The translations under genes and the position numbers were made by a program. 32,000 bases of DNA. It comes from Synechocystis sp. PCC 6803 substr. PCC-P. GTDB taxonomy: Bacteria; Cyanobacteriota; Cyanobacteriia; Cyanobacteriales; Microcystaceae. Location of the stretch: NCBI RefSeq assembly GCF_000284455.1, contig NC_017039.1, positions 2,490,001 to 2,522,000 on the forward strand, given 5' to 3'. Within the stretch, counting starts at the first letter, position 1. Every line of letters starts with the position of its first letter. Below are positions 29,101 to 32,000 of this stretch, one piece after another. The notes under the pieces were generated by a model that was not told the origin of the DNA, made no database searches, and was given only the letters and a program-made list of their open reading frames with translations.

Positions 29101-29683
29101 AAATTCTAGCCAACGGCTGAAACAACTAATTGATGATGTGCTTTCCATTAGTCGCTATGATGCCAATAAGATAGAAATTGAGCTAGGTAACATTAACCTA
29201 AGGAACTTAGCTAACGATTTAATCGAGAATTTTAGCTGTGGCCTGGGCAGTGAACATAATTTTGAGCTTAACTACCATCTCAAGCCGGACGAACACTCCC
29301 TGGTGGATGTGAGACTACTCCGCCATATTTTGGAAAATATTTTAAGTAATGCCATTAAATATTCGGCCCCGGGTAGCACTATCACCCTAGATATTAGTAA
29401 GGATGAAGAGCATTTACTTTTCCAAGTACGGGACGAAGGCATTGGTATTCCCCTCCAGGACCAGGAAAAACTGTTTGAAGCTTTCCATCGTGCCAGCAAC
29501 GTAGGGGATATTCCCGGTACTGGTTTGGGATTGAGCATTGTTAAACGCTATGTGGAATTTCAGGGAGGGACAATCGAGGTGATATCGATGCCAGGAAAAG
29601 GGACCACAATGGTGATCAAATTGCCCCTAAACCCTGCCCCGATCATCCAGATTGCTCAGGGGGAAACCGATCGCCTGAGTTGA
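26132..29683 (+). CDS. hik25: Multi-PAS sensor histidine kinase with degenerate N-terminal receiver domain (Hik25-like)
   Basis: N-terminal REC-like [15 protein letters not shown]; about six PAS-like blocks (e.g. [61 protein letters not shown]); HisKA H-box [16 protein letters not shown]; HATPase_c [39 protein letters not shown]. Confidence 0.93.
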   Translation: MTLEPMPIIPSPKVLLVDDQRENLVALSRALDSLPVEIITANSGQEAIATAATTEFALMILAQEMSELDGLNTAKILRSFPLAEQTPIIFLARQEIITKAMAEINILGLVDFLAQPPNQNFLQVKAKLYLQLFQQKQTLQYYNNYLESSVKSVHFDVKNNHSEQLSEIILANISDTVFVTDLSGKFTFICSNIDNIFGYSLAEVNAMGTVETLLGDFRFNEYELKEKGELKNLRHDVQDKQGKIHYLLINLKKVAINGGIYLYSCRDISEWARKEQAIRNSEANFRDIFASIKDGLLVLDEDNYICYANAQAVKLLNCTLEELVGTIGSPLEDTEFSLLVDDGTIYTVDVSVTEITWYGQTAKLVSLRDISDRKRMENQLRENQNKYYRLLENLDNGVIVHNANAEIVYANPKAESFLGLTDLEGRDIDDEYWMFFDKEGEKLEKEEFPVAQVLANQSSLKNFEMGIYRPDTDQLLWAYINAYPEFYNEDTIQEIIVTFSDITERKLAEIQLKTINENLEVLIEERTSELESSNSQLLQEIIEKEQVSITLTTQEAKYRALVRDAGDAIILITIDFIVLEVNYRAVELSGYDQEELIGHSLLDLRLLTPEFYAQQRHFWRTLKREQISQLTDVRLVKKSGELISVDISASVITYENHSIVQCIVHDITLQKTIQAQLQRENYFRRQLLEKMVEGLFVCYEVEQFPFLQFTVWNPMMKNITGYSQEEINQCGWYETLYSHGQPQEAVRVRMKAVALGVDMVKEEWQIIRRDGALRTVEISTALITSNNQTNILAVIQDITDQKRQLQIIQNNEATLRCIVENLPIFFGMRTINFSNWYYINPSFESLTGYTPDEMYEDPLLWQKIHREEYAENLEQARPNLGEWTIFSMEKKDGTQIWAQTVESLVDDLSDTARVVVFGQDITDIKRAEIETLRSLVKERELNEAKSQFVDIVSHEFRTPLTSIIGFGELLSKYFDRLSTEKKQQYINNIQNSSQRLKQLIDDVLSISRYDANKIEIELGNINLRNLANDLIENFSCGLGSEHNFELNYHLKPDEHSLVDVRLLRHILENILSNAIKYSAPGSTITLDISKDEEHLLFQVRDEGIGIPLQDQEKLFEAFHRASNVGDIPGTGLGLSIVKRYVEFQGGTIEVISMPGKGTTMVIKLPLNPAPIIQIAQGETDRLS

Positions 29684-31563
29684 GTTTCTAGATAAACCAG
29701 GAGGGCATTGATATCGGCGGGGTTAACGCCCCCAATGCGACCGGCTTGACCAATGGTGAGGGGTTGGAACTGGGTTAGTTTTTCCCTTGCTTCCATGGAT
29801 AGGGTTTCAATGGCCATGTAATTTAAGCCGGGGGGCAAACGTTTTTGGCTATGGCGGCTCACCTGTTCAATTTGGGTTTGTTGCCGCTTAATGTAGCCGG
29901 AATATTTGATTTCGATTTCCACGCTGGTTTTTTCCTCCGGTTTTAATTCCTCGTTACCCAACTGAAATTTTTCTAAATCTGGATAATGAAATCCAGGTCG
30001 TCGTAGTAACTCCGCCAGCACAATGGAGCCTTTAATTTTCTGTTGGGTATAATCAACAATTTCTTTACCCACTGCATCTTGCTCTTTGATGCGGGTACTG
30101 TACAGTCTTTCTTTTTCGGCGGTGATGTTAGCTTGTTTGGTTTGGAATAGGTCCCAACGGCGATCGTCAATTAAGCCAATTTCCCTTCCCAGAGGGGTTA
30201 ACCTTTGATCGGCATTGTCGGAACGTAAAATTAAGCGGTACTCGGAACGGCTGGTGAGCATCCGGTAGGGTTCCCGCAAATCTTTGGTGCATAAATCATC
30301 AATTAATGTACCCAGATAACTTCCCTCCCGGGAGAAGATGATCAATGATTTTCCTTGACAATGACGGGCCGCATTGATCCCCGCCACCAGACCCTGGGCC
30401 GCCGCTTCTTCATAGCCAGTGGTGCCGTTAATTTGCCCAGCACAAAATAGTCCTGCCACTTTTTTGGTCATCAAACTGGGATAACACTGGGTAGCCGGTA
30501 AAAAGTCGTATTCCACTGCGTAAGCGGGGCGCAACATGACACAATTTTCCAACCCCGGTAGAGTTTGTAGCATGGCCAATTGCACATTTTCCGGTAGCCC
30601 CGTGGAAAAACCTTGAATATACAATTCAGGAATGTCTCGACCTTCCGGCTCGATAAAAATTTGGTGACTTTCTTTGTCAGCGAAACGAACAATTTTATCT
30701 TCGATGGAAGGACAATAACGGGGCCCCTTAGAGTCAATAAAACCGCCATAAATGGGAGATAAATGGAGATTATCTTTAATTAATTGGTGGGTCTTAGCTG
30801 TTGTTCTGGTCAAATAACAATTCATTTGCTCCCGCTCTACCCACACTTCCGGGTCAAAGCTAAACCAACTTACCTGTTCATCTGGGGGTTGGGGCTCTAA
30901 TTTGTCATAATCTACCGATCGCCGATCAACCCTGGCCGGAGTTCCCGTTTTTAACCTGCCAGTTTCAAAGCCCAGTTCATTCAAAGTTTCCGTTAGGCCT
31001 ACTGCCGCAAATTCGCCGGCCCGCCCCGCTGGCATGGACTTATTACCAATCCAAATTTTGCCCCCCAGGAAAGTCCCTGTCGTAATCACCACCGACTGGG
31101 CTCCAAAGCAAGCGCCAAAGTAGGTCTGCACACCTTGAATCTCATCATTGTCCCCCAACACCAAATCCGTCACCATCCCTTCCCGAATGGATAGATTAGG
31201 TTGATTTTCAACGATATTTTTCATCACCGCCGCATATTCCCGCTTATCCGTTTGGGCCCGCAATGCCCACACCGCCGGCCCCCGGGAAATATTTAACACC
31301 CGCTTTTGCAGATAGGTACGGTCGGCCATTTTGCCAATTTCCCCCCCCAGTGCATCCACTTCATGGGTTAACTGGGATTTAGCCGGCCCTCCCACTGCAG
31401 GGTTACAGGGTTGCCAAGCAATGCGGTCTAAGTTGAGGGTTAACAGTAGGGTGCGACAGCCCAACCGAGCCGTGGCCAAGGCCGCCTCACAACCCGCATG
31501 GCCTGCCCCCACCACGATGACATCAAATTGGTCTTGGAATTCCACTGGCGATCGAAGGGTCAT
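29656..31563 (-). CDS. mnmG: tRNA uridine-5-carboxymethylaminomethyl modification enzyme MnmG (GidA)
   Basis: [74 protein letters not shown]. Confidence 0.98.
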   Translation of the reverse strand: MTLRSPVEFQDQFDVIVVGAGHAGCEAALATARLGCRTLLLTLNLDRIAWQPCNPAVGGPAKSQLTHEVDALGGEIGKMADRTYLQKRVLNISRGPAVWALRAQTDKREYAAVMKNIVENQPNLSIREGMVTDLVLGDNDEIQGVQTYFGACFGAQSVVITTGTFLGGKIWIGNKSMPAGRAGEFAAVGLTETLNELGFETGRLKTGTPARVDRRSVDYDKLEPQPPDEQVSWFSFDPEVWVEREQMNCYLTRTTAKTHQLIKDNLHLSPIYGGFIDSKGPRYCPSIEDKIVRFADKESHQIFIEPEGRDIPELYIQGFSTGLPENVQLAMLQTLPGLENCVMLRPAYAVEYDFLPATQCYPSLMTKKVAGLFCAGQINGTTGYEEAAAQGLVAGINAARHCQGKSLIIFSREGSYLGTLIDDLCTKDLREPYRMLTSRSEYRLILRSDNADQRLTPLGREIGLIDDRRWDLFQTKQANITAEKERLYSTRIKEQDAVGKEIVDYTQQKIKGSIVLAELLRRPGFHYPDLEKFQLGNEELKPEEKTSVEIEIKYSGYIKRQQTQIEQVSRHSQKRLPPGLNYMAIETLSMEAREKLTQFQPLTIGQAGRIGGVNPADINALLVYLETQLRRSVSP

Positions 31564-31692
31564 GGCGGCGCACTAAAATGGTAGCAGGGCTAAAAACTAT
31601 ATTTTAGTCTTTAGTTCAACTTTTAGAGAATTAAACTGAATTTCAGACAAATATTAACTAATTGACTTGTTATGGCATTATTAGCCTAATTT

Positions 31693-32000
31693 ATGGATCA
31701 TTTATTTTGGATTTATATACTTGTATTTTTTGCTATTATTTTGTTTAGATATTTTCTAATTGCGGGGGGAACCTATGCTTTTTTTTACTCCCCTTGGGGT
31801 CAATCGTTACTTAAGAACCATTTACCCATTAATATTCCCTCTTCGCAATCAATTCGCAAAGATATAAAACTTTCCATAATTTCAGCAATTATTTTTGCCC
31901 TGGCAGGGGCATTTATTTTGTCGAGCTATGGCGGAAAAATGAATCGTTTATACGTCGATCCATACCAACACGGACTTTGGTATCTGGGAATAAGTTACGT
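31693..32000 (+). CDS. 5' part of a sterol desaturase / fatty acid hydroxylase-family membrane protein, truncated by the right edge; absent from the supplied ORF track
   Basis: Own translation: MDHLFWIYILVFFAIILFRYFLIAGGTYAFFYSPWGQSLLKNHLPINIPSSQSIRKDIKLSIISAIIFALAGAFILSSYGGKMNRLYVDPYQHGLWYLGISY... The pattern is typical of the family N-terminus; the catalytic His motifs lie outside the window. Confidence 0.7.
   Translation, partial: MDHLFWIYILVFFAIILFRYFLIAGGTYAFFYSPWGQSLLKNHLPINIPSSQSIRKDIKLSIISAIIFALAGAFILSSYGGKMNRLYVDPYQHGLWYLGISY

Overview
The window looks like chromosomal DNA from a Synechocystis-type unicellular cyanobacterium. Both the gene content and the very dense GCGATCGC (HIP1) octamers point there. 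It is mostly ordinary housekeeping DNA. From left to right it holds: an edge-truncated usher-like outer-membrane protein; a secreted hypothetical plus a Uma2/DUF820 protein; a class I/II aminotransferase; an ABC1/UbiB-family kinase; recG; an SppA-type signal peptide peptidase; a class A penicillin-binding protein; tRNA-Ser(CGA); guaA; a solitary C5-cytosine methyltransferase; uppP; cobU/cobP; two small hypotheticals; the alkane-biosynthesis pair aar/ado; rfbA; glyS; a PIN/DUF2281 toxin-antitoxin pair; trmFO; a large multi-PAS histidine kinase with a degenerate N-terminal receiver; mnmG; and the 5' end of a sterol desaturase-family gene that the ORF track misses. I found no CRISPR array, prophage, intact transposon or clear new defence system. 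The observations most worth a second look are: (1) the histidine kinase receiver, which lacks the phosphoacceptor Asp and the conserved Lys; (2) a terminator-like hairpin between ado and aar; (3) the orphan methyltransferase together with HIP1 enrichment; (4) a small predicted membrane protein behind an inverted-repeat promoter-like region; (5) a decayed dispersed-repeat-like element next to the toxin-antitoxin module; and (6) two convergent gene pairs whose coding 3' ends overlap. All counts and coordinates were read by eye.
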